From Arthrobacter sp. (GTDB lineage: Bacteria > Actinomycetota > Actinomycetes > Actinomycetales > Micrococcaceae): DNA of 64,000 nucleotides. Position 1 is the first letter of the stretch. Each line of letters opens with the position of its first letter. The notes beneath the pieces were generated by a model. That model made no database searches. It saw nothing but the letters and a program-made list of their open reading frames with translations, and was not told where the DNA came from. A program made the translations under genes and the position numbers. The DNA is taken from positions 23,950 through 87,949 of the forward strand of contig NZ_DALZXY010000002.1 in the NCBI RefSeq assembly GCF_031988865.1, read 5' to 3'. Positions 25,840 through 35,782 of the stretch are shown here, piece after piece.

Positions 25840-27308
25840 TGCGCGCCCTCGGACCGATTGTCCTCTTCCTGGTGCTGGTGGAAATCACCAGCGGCATCCT
25901 GCAGGGGTACTACACACCGATCCTCACGGACATTGCCAGGGGATTGGGTATCGCTGACGGAGACGTCAACTGGTTCGAAGCGGCGCAGCTGATGTTCAGT
26001 GCCCTCGCCGTGCCGATCCTGGCGCGGCTCGGGGATATGTACGGGCACAAGCGGATCTTGCTCGTCTCCACGGCGCTCACCGCCGCTGCGTCCTGGGGTG
26101 TGGCGTTCGCACCCGATTTCTGGACGTTCCTGGCGGCCTGGTCGCTGCAGGGCTTCTATGTGGTCTGGCTGCCGCTGGAGGTGGCGCTCATTTTCGCCCG
26201 CGTGGCGGCCTCTCCCAACCGGGCCGCCCTGACCCGCAAAGCCGCAGGGCTGCTGGTGGGTGGACTGCAGTTCGGTGTGATTGCCGGTGCGCTCGCCGCA
26301 GGCGCCCTGATAGGGGTGTTCGACGGCGACCTGCGCCTGACCCTGATGGTCCCCGCGGTGGCAGCAACGCTGTGTATATTCGCCATCTGGTTCGGGGTCC
26401 CGGAGTCTTCGGTCAGGACTGGCGGAGCGGTCGACATCAAGGGTTTCGCACTGCTGGCCATGGGGCTGCTGCTGCTCACCTCGGGCCTGACCTTCCTGCG
26501 CATCAACGGCGTGGGAACCTGGTGGGTGTGGCTGGTCCTGGCGGCCGGTCTGGCCGCCTTCGTACCGTTCGTCCGCTACCAGCTGCGGCTGGCCGAGCCG
26601 CTGATCGACATCCGGATGCTGTGTGCCCCGACCATGTGGCCGGTCCAGCTCACGGCAGGCCTGTTCGGCATCTCGGTGCTGGGGGCGCAGGCACCCATGT
26701 CCACCTTCGCCCGGACCGACAGTGAGCTGCACGGCTACGGACTGGGACTGGAAGCCGGTTCCGTGTCACTGATCATCGGCGCCTACGTCCTCGCGGTGCT
26801 CACCGGCGCGCTGCTGTTCCCGCTGGCCGCCCGGCTCTCCACCCCGCGGATCACGCTCAGCGGCGCGGCCGCCGTCGTGGGTATCGGCTACGGGATGTTC
26901 CTGCCCTTCCACGATTCTCTGGCGCAGACACTGACCAACATGGTGATCGCCGGCCTCGGCTCCGGTGCGCTCGTGGCTGCGCTGCCGTCCGCTGCGGCGG
27001 CAGCGGCACCGCTGAACCGCACCGGGATGGCGACAGGGCTGACGAACACGACCAAAACGATCGGCGGCTCCTTCGCCTCGGCGATCTTCGGCATCGCGCT
27101 GTTGAGCGCGGCGGGGGAGACACTGGGCGGGGTCACCGGCGCAGCCACCGCCGCACCGCTGTCCGGCTACCTCACAGTGTGGACTGTCTGCTCCGTGACG
27201 GCATTCGCAGCCGCTGCCGCCTTGCTGCTGGTGCCGCGGCTGGCGTTTGCGGACGCTGCCCTGACCTCCGGGCTCGAGGGATCTACTCCAGATACCTCAC
27301 ACCGGTGA
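25839..27308 (+). CDS. MFS transporter (14-helix, DHA2-like)
   Basis: 489 aa with about 14 hydrophobic helices. The start overlaps the M20 stop (TGATG). Confidence 0.88.
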   Translation: MRALGPIVLFLVLVEITSGILQGYYTPILTDIARGLGIADGDVNWFEAAQLMFSALAVPILARLGDMYGHKRILLVSTALTAAASWGVAFAPDFWTFLAAWSLQGFYVVWLPLEVALIFARVAASPNRAALTRKAAGLLVGGLQFGVIAGALAAGALIGVFDGDLRLTLMVPAVAATLCIFAIWFGVPESSVRTGGAVDIKGFALLAMGLLLLTSGLTFLRINGVGTWWVWLVLAAGLAAFVPFVRYQLRLAEPLIDIRMLCAPTMWPVQLTAGLFGISVLGAQAPMSTFARTDSELHGYGLGLEAGSVSLIIGAYVLAVLTGALLFPLAARLSTPRITLSGAAAVVGIGYGMFLPFHDSLAQTLTNMVIAGLGSGALVAALPSAAAAAAPLNRTGMATGLTNTTKTIGGSFASAIFGIALLSAAGETLGGVTGAATAAPLSGYLTVWTVCSVTAFAAAAALLLVPRLAFADAALTSGLEGSTPDTSHR

Positions 27309-27403
27309 GGTCGCAGTGGCCCGCCACAGACGGGCCCAGGTGGCCGGGCCGGGGCCGCGGAGCTCCCGCCAAATGGGAGCCCCACGGTAGAACGGCGGCG
27401 GCG

Positions 27404-27886
27404 TCATGCCGGTCCGGGTTTGCCGTCCGCGTTGAGGCTGCTGAGCAGCTTGTCGGTCAGGGCCTTCAAATCGGCCAGTTCCTGGGGGCTCAGGGCGGGG
27501 GAGAGCAGGTCATGGATACCCCGGACATGGATCCGGCCGAGGCGCTTCTGCACCGCTTGGCCTTCCTCCGTCAGGGACAGCTCCACACCGCGCTGGTCAT
27601 TCTGGGCCGGCCGGCGGCGGACCAGGCCCTTGCTCTCCAGCCGGTCCATCATTCGGCTCAGGCTGGGCTGGCTGATCAGCAGGTGCTCGTTGAGCTCGTT
27701 CAACCGCGTCCACCCGCCCGGGCAACGGCTGAGGTTGAACAGCACGTCGTACTCGCGCATGGTCAGTTCCTTGAACTCCCGGTCACGCTGGAGCCGCCGC
27801 ATTACGCCGACCTGTGCCCGGAAGAGGGATTCCCAGGCTTCGGCTGTTTGTTTGACCGGGGTGGACCCGCTGTTCTCCGAACTCAT
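27404..27886 (-). CDS. MarR family transcriptional regulator
   Basis: 160 aa with a winged-helix core (LTMREYDVLFNLSRCPGGWTRLNELNEHLLISQPSLSRMMDRLESKGLVRR). The start lies 4 nt after the stop of the upstream oxidoreductase gene. Confidence 0.9.
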   Translation of the reverse strand: MSSENSGSTPVKQTAEAWESLFRAQVGVMRRLQRDREFKELTMREYDVLFNLSRCPGGWTRLNELNEHLLISQPSLSRMMDRLESKGLVRRRPAQNDQRGVELSLTEEGQAVQKRLGRIHVRGIHDLLSPALSPQELADLKALTDKLLSSLNADGKPGPA

Positions 27887-27890
27887 CTCA

Positions 27891-29006
27891 TTAGCCTACT
27901 GAAGAAGAAGCGCTATGTGTGTCGGAGGCGCCGGTGTTGCGTTCCGCGACCCGGCCGGCGTGGGTTGGGCCGTCAGGAACATGTGCCGGACGGCGTGAAT
28001 CGAACTCGCGCCGCAGCTCCGGCAGTACATATTCACCGAAGAGGTCCAACTGCTCAAGTACGGTCTTCAACGGCAGGCCCGCATGATCAACCAGGAAGAG
28101 CTGGCGCTGGTAGTCGCCGAAGTACTCCTGGAAGGTGAGGGTCTTCTCGATGACTTCCTGGGGGCTTCCGACAGTCAACGGGGTCTGTGCGGTGAAGTCC
28201 TCCATCGAGGGGCCGTGGCCGTACACCGGGGCGTTGTCGAAGTACGGGCGGAATTCGTTGACGGCGTCCTGGGAGTTCTTCCGCATAAAGAACTGTCCGC
28301 CGAGGCCAACGATTGCCTGGTCCGCGGAGCCGTGGCCGTAGTGTTCGTAGCGCTCCCGGTAGAGTCCGATGAGCTGCATGTAGTGCTCCTTCGGCCAGAA
28401 GATGTTGTTAGCGAAGAACCCGTCGCCGAAGTAGGCAGCGATCTCGGCGACCTGCGGCGTGCGGATCGCGCCGTGCCAAACGAACGGGGCGACGCCGTCG
28501 AGCGGGCGCGGAGTTGAGGTGAAGTTCCGCAGCGGAGTGCGGAACTTGCCCTCCCAGTTCACGGTCTCGTTGTCCCAAAGCTGGCGCAGGAGGTTGTAGT
28601 TCTCCACGGTCAGGTCGACGGAATCCTGGATGTTCTTGCCGAACCATGGGTAGACCGGTGCGGTGTTGCCGCGGCCGAGGACCAGGTCGGTGCGGCCGCC
28701 GGAGAGGTGCTGCAGCATGGCGAAGTCTTCGGCGATCTTTACCGGATCGTTGGTGGTGATCAGGGTGGTGGACGTCGAAAGGATGATGCGTTCGGTCTGC
28801 GCCGCGATGTAGCCCAGCAGTGTGGTGGGGGAGGAAGCATAGAAGGGCGGATTGTGGTGCTCGCCGGTGGCGTAGACATCCATGCCGATCTCTTCGACCT
28901 TCTTGGCAATGGCGACGGCGGACTGGATGCGCTCGCCTTCCGTCGGCATCCGACCCGTGACAGGGTCCCGGGTGATGTCGCTGACGCTGAATACGCCGAT
29001 CTGCAT
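27891..29006 (-). CDS. LLM-class (luciferase-like) flavin-dependent oxidoreductase
   Basis: MQIGVFSVSDITRDPVTGRMPTEGERI N-terminus and an overall TIM-barrel luciferase-like sequence. AGGAGG lies upstream of the ATG. Confidence 0.88.
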   Translation of the reverse strand: MQIGVFSVSDITRDPVTGRMPTEGERIQSAVAIAKKVEEIGMDVYATGEHHNPPFYASSPTTLLGYIAAQTERIILSTSTTLITTNDPVKIAEDFAMLQHLSGGRTDLVLGRGNTAPVYPWFGKNIQDSVDLTVENYNLLRQLWDNETVNWEGKFRTPLRNFTSTPRPLDGVAPFVWHGAIRTPQVAEIAAYFGDGFFANNIFWPKEHYMQLIGLYRERYEHYGHGSADQAIVGLGGQFFMRKNSQDAVNEFRPYFDNAPVYGHGPSMEDFTAQTPLTVGSPQEVIEKTLTFQEYFGDYQRQLFLVDHAGLPLKTVLEQLDLFGEYVLPELRREFDSRRPAHVPDGPTHAGRVAERNTGASDTHSASSSVG

Positions 29007-29057
29007 GGTGGCCTCCTGTTGCCTGGCTGTTCCCTCGTCCCGGTAGCGGGGACGGAG

Positions 29058-29079
29058 AGTGTATGCATTTGCATCTACT
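29058..29079. promoter_or_regulatory. Imperfect palindrome in the promoter region of the LLM-MarR operon (candidate MarR operator)
   Basis: AGTGTATGCA-tt-TGCATCTACT. The core ATGCA/TGCAT is perfect, and 8 of 10 positions pair in the extended arms. It lies 52-73 nt upstream of the LLM start. Confidence 0.3.
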
Positions 29080-29120
29080 GACAGGTTACAACAGGACGGT
29101 CCCTGATTTCATTCCCTCTC

Positions 29121-32100
29121 TCAGCCTGCGGCTTCCGCGGCCCTGCGGTCCGATTCCTCCTTCGCCAGGGCGCGGCGTTCCCGGGGACCTTCGACCAGCT
29201 GGTACAGCACGGGGACCAGCACCAGCGTGAGCAGGGTGGACGTGACCAGGCCGCCGACGACGACGATCGCGAGCGGGCGGGAAATAAAACCACCCTCGCC
29301 GGTAACGCCAAGCGCCATCGGGGTCAGCGCGAAGATGGTCGCCAGTGCCGTCATCAGGATCGGGCGCAGCCGCTGCCGTGCTCCGCGCAGGATCGCCTCC
29401 TGCACCCTCATGCCCGGTTCACCGCCGCGGGGCCGGCGGTACTGGTTGATCAGGTCCATCAGCACAATGGCGTTGGTGACCACGATGCCCACCAGCATCA
29501 GCATGCCGACCAGGGACGGCAGGCCCAGCGGCACGTTGGCGATCAGCAGGAGCAGGATGGCGCCGGTTGCCGCGAAGGGAATGGAAACCAGCAAAATCAG
29601 CGGCTGCACCAGGGACTTGAATGTGGCAACCATGATCACGTAGACAATCGCGATGGCCGCCAGCAGTGCCCAGCCCAGCTGGGTGAAGGACTCGTTCTGC
29701 TGGGTGGCTGCCCCGCTCAGCGTCGCGGTGACGGTGGGCGGCAGCTCAACGTTGGCCAGCTCGGCCTGGACCTGCGCAATCGCACCGCCCAGATCGTCAC
29801 CGGCAGGGGTCACCGAGACGACGGCGGTCCGTTCACCTCCGGAGGAGGAGACAGTGGTGGGGACACTGGTTTCCTCCACAATGGCTAGCTCGCTCAGCGG
29901 GACCGGTCCCGTGGCCGTCGGAATAATGATCCCGGCAAGCTGTTCGGTGGTGGCAACCTCCGTGCCTTCACCGATGAGGACCGGGAAGTCGTCGGTGCCC
30001 AGCCGCACCGTTCCAGCCGGCAGGGGGCTCAGGGTGGAAGCGAGAATCCCCGCGACCTGCTGTTCGTCCAGACCCGCAGCCACAGCCTTGGACCGGTCGA
30101 TGGTTACCTGCACCACAGGCTCGGACGCGGCCAGGTTGTCCGAGGCTTCGGCGACGCCGGGAAGTGTGGACATGGCGTTGACCAGGGCGTCCGCCGCCGG
30201 CTCCAGCTCGGCTGGATCTCCCGCGGAAATCTCAATGTCCACTGTATTGGAGGTGCCGAAGCCGCCGCCCTGGGTGCCCAAGGACACGGTGCCGGCCTCG
30301 TCGCCAAGATCCTCGAGCTCCTGGCGGACGGTTTCCCGGAGGGCAACCTGGTCCACACCCTGATCCGTGATCACGGTGAAGTTCGCAACCGAAGCGCCGC
30401 CGGCGCTGAACGCGGCGATCCCCGACGTTGAGGTGCCCATCGTGACCTGGACATCCTTCACGCCGTCGGTGTTGGCCAGGAGGTCCTCCACCGCGGCGGC
30501 GGCCTCGGAAGTGGTCTCCAGTGAGCTGCCCGGCGGGAGTTCCTGCCGGACACTGAAGGTGTTCTGGCCGGTGTCGCCGAGCAGGTTGGTCTGCAGCAGG
30601 GGCGTCATCGCCACGGTTCCGGCCAGGACCAGGGCGCCGGCCAGCAAGGTGTAAACCGGATGGCGCTGGGTGCCGCGCAGGATCGGCAGGTAGCCGCGCT
30701 GCAGGAAGGAGGACTGCTCGCGCTTTTCGGCGTCCGCGCGGTACGCTGCCGGATCGCTGACCGGTTTGGGGGACTTCAGGAACCAGTAGGCCAGCACCGG
30801 GACAATCGTCAGCGACACCAGCAGTGACGCCAGCAGCGCCAGCGACGTCGTGATGGCAAAGGGGCGGAAGAGCTCCCCGGCCAGGCCCCCGACGAGGGCG
30901 ATCGGAGCGAAGACAGCCACCGTGGTCAGCGTTGAGGCCGTCACGGCTCCGGCGACTTCGCGGATGGCGGTGAGGATGGCCGTGCGTTTTTCCTCGCCGT
31001 AGCCCAGGTGCCGCTTGATGTTTTCGATCACCACGATCGAGTCATCGACCACGCGGCCGATGGCGATGGTCAGCGCGCCGAGGGTCAGGATGTTCAGCGA
31101 GTAGCCGAAGGCCAGCAGGCCAATGAAGGTGACCAGCAGCGAGAGCGGAATGGAGACGGCGGTGACCAGGGTGGACCGCACGGAGAGCAGGAAGACCAGG
31201 ATCACCAGCACGGCAAAGCCAAGGCCCAGCAGGCCTTCGGTGGTGAGATCGGAAATGGACTTCTCGATGAAGGGCGCCTGGTCGAAGATCACGGTGAACT
31301 TCGCCCCGTTGCCCAGCTCCTCCTGGAGCGAGGGCAGCAGATCCATCACTTCATGCGAGATGCCCACCGTATCGCCGGCAGGAGTCTTCGTGATCGAGAT
31401 GGCGAGTGTGGCCTCGCCGTTCGTGCGGGTGATCGAGGTCTGTTCGTCGTCAGTGATTTCCACGACCGCGACGTCGCCGATGGTCGGCGGCGCGGCACCC
31501 GGCTCCGCACCTTCCGCTTCCAGCGGCAGCGCGGAGATCTTCTCGAGGGAATCCAGCGGGCTTCCCACTTGGATCGAGAGCGTGCGGCTGTCCTCCTGGA
31601 CCGTTCCGGCCGGGATCAATGCCCCACTGTTTTCCAGGGCGGCGGAAATAGCCGCGGGTGAGATGCCCAGCGCTGCCAGCGCGGCGTCGTCGGGCAGGAT
31701 GGCGACGTGGCGTTCGGAGCCGCCGGTGACTTCGGCAGTGCGGACCCCTTCGACCTTCTGAAGCCGCGGCACCGTCAGCCGCTCCAGGTCGGCGCTGAGT
31801 TCGCTCAGCGGCTGGTCACTGGAGACAGCCAGGTAAACGATCGGGAAGTCGCTGATGCTTCCGGCGAGGGACTGCGGGTTGGTGTCCTCCGGCAGGGACT
31901 GCCGGGCATTGGAAATGGCGCGGTCCACCTGGCCTCGGGCCCGGTCCAGGTCCGTGCCGTACGCGAAGGTCAGGGTGATCGCGGATATCGAGGTCCGGGA
32001 GGTCGCGGAGGAAGACTCCAGGCCTTCGACGGCGGTGAGGGCAGCCTCCAGCGGTTCGCTCACCTGCTTGTCCACGACTTCGGGGGAGGCGCCGGGCAGC

Positions 32101-32252
32101 GCGGTAATCACGCTGATCTGGGGAAACTCCAGTGCGGGGATAAGTTCCTGTTTCAGCGAATTCAGCGAAATAACGCCGAAGACCGCCACAAAAACTGTGA
32201 TGAGCGCAATGAGGGCCCGGTTGGCGAGGGAGAGCTTGGCCAGACGATCCAT
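29121..32252 (-). CDS. RND superfamily efflux transporter permease (AcrB/AcrD/AcrF-like)
   Basis: 1043 aa with two large extracytoplasmic loops and 12 hydrophobic helices. N-terminus MDRLAKLSLANRALIALITVFVAVFG... No adjacent membrane-fusion or outer-membrane component. Confidence 0.9.
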   Translation of the reverse strand: MDRLAKLSLANRALIALITVFVAVFGVISLNSLKQELIPALEFPQISVITALPGASPEVVDKQVSEPLEAALTAVEGLESSSATSRTSISAITLTFAYGTDLDRARGQVDRAISNARQSLPEDTNPQSLAGSISDFPIVYLAVSSDQPLSELSADLERLTVPRLQKVEGVRTAEVTGGSERHVAILPDDAALAALGISPAAISAALENSGALIPAGTVQEDSRTLSIQVGSPLDSLEKISALPLEAEGAEPGAAPPTIGDVAVVEITDDEQTSITRTNGEATLAISITKTPAGDTVGISHEVMDLLPSLQEELGNGAKFTVIFDQAPFIEKSISDLTTEGLLGLGFAVLVILVFLLSVRSTLVTAVSIPLSLLVTFIGLLAFGYSLNILTLGALTIAIGRVVDDSIVVIENIKRHLGYGEEKRTAILTAIREVAGAVTASTLTTVAVFAPIALVGGLAGELFRPFAITTSLALLASLLVSLTIVPVLAYWFLKSPKPVSDPAAYRADAEKREQSSFLQRGYLPILRGTQRHPVYTLLAGALVLAGTVAMTPLLQTNLLGDTGQNTFSVRQELPPGSSLETTSEAAAAVEDLLANTDGVKDVQVTMGTSTSGIAAFSAGGASVANFTVITDQGVDQVALRETVRQELEDLGDEAGTVSLGTQGGGFGTSNTVDIEISAGDPAELEPAADALVNAMSTLPGVAEASDNLAASEPVVQVTIDRSKAVAAGLDEQQVAGILASTLSPLPAGTVRLGTDDFPVLIGEGTEVATTEQLAGIIIPTATGPVPLSELAIVEETSVPTTVSSSGGERTAVVSVTPAGDDLGGAIAQVQAELANVELPPTVTATLSGAATQQNESFTQLGWALLAAIAIVYVIMVATFKSLVQPLILLVSIPFAATGAILLLLIANVPLGLPSLVGMLMLVGIVVTNAIVLMDLINQYRRPRGGEPGMRVQEAILRGARQRLRPILMTALATIFALTPMALGVTGEGGFISRPLAIVVVGGLVTSTLLTLVLVPVLYQLVEGPRERRALAKEESDRRAAEAAG

Positions 32253-32331
32253 GAACCTGCCTTTGTGACGTGGACGAACTCATCATACGTGCGCCGCAGG
32301 CGGCCTCCGCCCAGGGGCAGGCCGCGTTAAC

Positions 32332-32365
32332 GAAACGTGCCCCGGACCGCTTGGTGGGGGCACGT
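32332..32365 (-). terminator. Terminator of mqo
   Basis: On the minus strand, ACGTGCCCC-13 nt-GGGGCACGT is followed by TTTCGTT, 19 nt after the mqo stop. Confidence 0.55.
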
Positions 32366-32383
32366 CAATCCTTCAGGGCGTGG

Positions 32384-33880
32384 CTAACCCAGGTTCAGGA
32401 CGCGGTTGGTTTCGGCTTCGATCTCGTCAGCGAGCGATTCGTTCTCGTTCAGCTTGACGCCGTAGCCCGGGATCATTTCCTTGATCTTCGGCTCCCAGCC
32501 GGCGAACTCGCCGGGGAAGGCACGCTTCATCAGGTTGATCATGATCGGGGTAGCCGTGGAAGCTCCGGGGGAGGCGCCAAGCAGCGCACCGATGGAGCCG
32601 TCAGCCGAAGTGATGAGTTCGGTGCCGAACTGCAGCACGCCGCCGCTCTTCGGATCCTTCTTGATGACCTGGACGCGCTGGCCGGCGGTGATCAGGTCCC
32701 AGCCCTCGGTGGTGGCCTGCGGGTAGAACTCGCGCAGAGCCTTTGTTTTGCCTTCGCGGGACTTCAGCACCTCGGTCACGAGGTACTTCACCAGGGACAT
32801 GTTGTCCTTGGCGACCGCCAGCATGGGCACCAGGTTGTGCGGGCGCACGGACAGCGGCAGATCCAGGAAGGAACCACCCTTGAGGAACTTGGGGGAGAAA
32901 CCGCCGTACGGGCCAAAGAGCAGCGACTTTTTGCCGTCCACGAAGCGGGTGTCCAGGTGGGGAACGGACATCGGGGGAGCGCCGACGGAGGCCTGGCCAT
33001 AGACCTTTGCGTTGTGCTGCGCAATGATCGTTTCGTCGGTGGAACGCAGGAACTGGCCGGATACGGGGAACCCGCCGAAGCCCTTTCCTTCCGGAATGCC
33101 CGAGCGCTGCAGCAGGTGCAGTGCGCCGCCGCCGCCGCCGATGAATACGAAGCGGGCGGAGACCGTGCGGGTGGCCTTGGTGGCGCGGTTGCGGACCGTA
33201 ACGTCCCAGCCGCCGTTGGAGGCGCGCGAAACGTTGGTGACTTCGTGGCCGAAGTTCAGATCGGCGCCGTTGGCTCCGAGGTAGTTCACCAGTTCCCGGG
33301 TCAGTGCACCGAAGTCGACGTCGGTACCGCCGGCGACGCGGGAGGCTGCGACCCGCTGGCCGGAGTCCCGGCCCTGCATGATCAGCGGAGCCCATTCAGC
33401 GATCTTGGCGTGGTCTTCGCTGAACTCCATGGTCTTGAACAGCGGCTGGGCGCTGAGCGATTCGTGGCGCCGGCGCAGATATTCGGAGTGCGCGTCGCCC
33501 CAGACAAAGCTCATGTGGGGCAGCGGGTTGATGAAGTTCCCGGAGATCAGTCCCTGGCCCACCATGTGGGACCAGAACTGGCGGGAGACCTGGAACTGCT
33601 CGTTGATGCCGATCGCCTTGGCCGGATCAACCCGGCCGTCAGGGCCGGCGGGGCTGTAGTTCAGTTCGCACAACGCGGCGTGGCCGGTGCCGGCGTTGTT
33701 CCACGGGTCGGAACTTTCGGTACCGGCACGGTCCATGCGCTCGAAGAGCGAAATGTCCCAATCGGGTGCCAGCTGCTTCAGGAACGCCCCGAGGGTCGCG
33801 CTCATGACGCCGCCGCCGATCAGCAGTACATCAGTTCGGGTTGCGGACTTCTCCGCCGGGCTATCAGCAGTCAACTTCAT
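32384..33880 (-). CDS. mqo: Malate:quinone oxidoreductase
   Basis: 498 aa. FAD motif [14 protein letters not shown], then [21 protein letters not shown], which is characteristic of Mqo. Confidence 0.95.
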   Translation of the reverse strand: MKLTADSPAEKSATRTDVLLIGGGVMSATLGAFLKQLAPDWDISLFERMDRAGTESSDPWNNAGTGHAALCELNYSPAGPDGRVDPAKAIGINEQFQVSRQFWSHMVGQGLISGNFINPLPHMSFVWGDAHSEYLRRRHESLSAQPLFKTMEFSEDHAKIAEWAPLIMQGRDSGQRVAASRVAGGTDVDFGALTRELVNYLGANGADLNFGHEVTNVSRASNGGWDVTVRNRATKATRTVSARFVFIGGGGGALHLLQRSGIPEGKGFGGFPVSGQFLRSTDETIIAQHNAKVYGQASVGAPPMSVPHLDTRFVDGKKSLLFGPYGGFSPKFLKGGSFLDLPLSVRPHNLVPMLAVAKDNMSLVKYLVTEVLKSREGKTKALREFYPQATTEGWDLITAGQRVQVIKKDPKSGGVLQFGTELITSADGSIGALLGASPGASTATPIMINLMKRAFPGEFAGWEPKIKEMIPGYGVKLNENESLADEIEAETNRVLNLG

Positions 33881-33936
33881 ATCTCCAGTCGCGTGGACGC
33901 TAGCCTAAGAAGCGTATCCCCACAGGCGCCCTTACT

Positions 33937-33959
33937 AAAATTTCCCGGCCGGGAAAAAC
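33937..33959 (-). terminator. Terminator of the upstream binding-protein gene
   Basis: The 16-nt perfect palindrome TTTCCCGGCCGGGAAA is flanked by A/T runs. On the minus strand the stem is followed by TTTT. Confidence 0.55.
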
Positions 33960-33990
33960 ACCGGGCGGGTGATCCCCGGCTTCCACCACG

Positions 33991-35655
33991 CTAGTTGTTG
34001 AGGCGGATGTAGTTAAAGACTTCGTTGAGCACAGGCGAGGTGGGATACTGCGCCACCCGCGATGACACCGTTAGCGCCGAGAGGGGGTAGGCCAGCGGAA
34101 CGGCAGGGACCCGCGTGGAGATGCGGTCCGAGATCGAACGGTAGGCCTCGGCCCGGTCCTCATCCGCGGGAAGCGTGCGGGCGCGGTCGATCTTGGTGAA
34201 CAGCTGCGGGTCGTCGTAGCCGAATTCCTCGCTGTAGCTTCCGAACAGAGTCCCCACGAAGTTATCCGCGTCCATGTAGGTGCCGCTGAGCCCGGAGAGG
34301 TGCAGGGCACGGTCCCCCTTCTGCGAGATCTGCTCCAGATACCCGTCTGACCACTCGATCGGAACCGGCCGGATGTTCAGCCCCGCGGCCGTGAGCTGGC
34401 GGCTCAGTTCGGCATAGACCTTCTCCGGATTGGGCAGGTAGGCACGGGTAACCCGGCGGGGGTAGTAGAAGGGCAGCTCCTCACCGGCGTAACCGGCTTC
34501 GGCCAGGAGTTCCTTGGCCTGCTCAAGGTTGTGGCCGTAATTGGTCACGTTGTCCGAGCGGAGCCCAAGCTTTTCCGGAAGGAACTGGTTGGCGGACTTC
34601 GTTCCGCTGAGGAACAGGCCCTCAAGCAGGGCCGGCTTATCCACCGCATGGGCAATGGCCTGACGCATCTTCAGGTCGTCCAGGCCGGGGAAGTTCTGGT
34701 TGATGCCGAGGTAGAGGACGGAATAGGGATCGCGCTGCAGGATCTGCATCCCGGACCGCGCCAGGTCTCCCACATCGGAGACAGTCACGAGGTCGTAGCC
34801 GTCCACCTCTCCGTTCTTCAGCGCGCGCAGTCTGCTCTCGGGGCTGGTGATCGTCCGGAAGGCCAGGTCGCGGATCTGGCCGCGGGTACCCCAGTAATCC
34901 GGGTTGGAGGTCAGTTGCACTTCGTCGTCGATCCAGCTCGTGAAGGCAAACGGCCCCGTTCCCACCGGGTGCTGGGCATAAGCGGAGATTCGGTTCCCGC
35001 CGCGGTCCTCGGAGAGCGTGTCGGCGCGGCCTTCAGCCAGTGCCCGCGGTGAGGAGATCCCGAACTCAGGGGAAGCCAGCGCCGGAATCAACCCCGGGAG
35101 CCTGGTCGTGAGTTCCAGCCTGACGGTGTATTCGTCAACCGGGGTGCAGGACTTGTACGCGGAGAGGTCAGGGGTATCGGCGAACCCCTTGAAGACGGAG
35201 CGGAACGTCAGGACCTCGTTGCCGCGGGCCTCGGCCGGGAGGTTGTACCAGCGCGTGAAGTTGGCGCAGACGGCGTCCGCGTTAAACGGTTCACCGTCGT
35301 GGAAGGTTACGCCGCGGCGGAGCGTGAAGTCGTAGATGCGTCCGTCCTCGGACTCGGACCAGGCCTCCGCGAGCAGCGGCACCGGTGCCGAGGTCACGGG
35401 GTCGACGCTGACCAGGGTCTCAAGGACCTGGCGGGTGACCCGGTGGGACTCCGTGTCCACCACGAGGAATGGGTCCAGCCCGGCCGGGCGGGCAGCGGTC
35501 GCAAAGGCGAACGACGCCGACGGATCGCTGGACGTTGACGGAGAGGCGCTGGGGGACTCTTCATCGGGGCGGGCAGGGGTGCAGCCGGCGAGGGCGAGGG
35601 CTGCGGCTATGGCTCCGGCCTTGATCACGGAGCGCCGTGTGGCGGATTGGGTCAC
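33991..35655 (-). CDS. ABC transporter substrate-binding lipoprotein, family 5 (peptide type), copy 1
   Basis: Tat-like/lipoprotein signal (RRSVIKAGAIAAALALAGCT). It shares the GVTFHDGEPFNADAVCANFTRWYN block with the 39711..41405 paralog. Confidence 0.9.
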   Translation of the reverse strand: MTQSATRRSVIKAGAIAAALALAGCTPARPDEESPSASPSTSSDPSASFAFATAARPAGLDPFLVVDTESHRVTRQVLETLVSVDPVTSAPVPLLAEAWSESEDGRIYDFTLRRGVTFHDGEPFNADAVCANFTRWYNLPAEARGNEVLTFRSVFKGFADTPDLSAYKSCTPVDEYTVRLELTTRLPGLIPALASPEFGISSPRALAEGRADTLSEDRGGNRISAYAQHPVGTGPFAFTSWIDDEVQLTSNPDYWGTRGQIRDLAFRTITSPESRLRALKNGEVDGYDLVTVSDVGDLARSGMQILQRDPYSVLYLGINQNFPGLDDLKMRQAIAHAVDKPALLEGLFLSGTKSANQFLPEKLGLRSDNVTNYGHNLEQAKELLAEAGYAGEELPFYYPRRVTRAYLPNPEKVYAELSRQLTAAGLNIRPVPIEWSDGYLEQISQKGDRALHLSGLSGTYMDADNFVGTLFGSYSEEFGYDDPQLFTKIDRARTLPADEDRAEAYRSISDRISTRVPAVPLAYPLSALTVSSRVAQYPTSPVLNEVFNYIRLNN

Positions 35656-35782
35656 AGCTGTTGGGTTCTCCTCCGGGACGCAGCATCCCTGCCTGGCTGG
35701 GTGAATTTCTAAGTCTAAATGATTAAAAAGCGGTAAAGGCGGGTGAGAGTTAGCTCACAAGTGCACTTTGATAAGGCAGGAT

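Noticed and set aside
32270-33994. 574-aa plus-strand ORF.
   Set aside because: It is antisense to mqo, which is recognised with high confidence on the minus strand. The translation is low-complexity Gly/Ala/Arg.
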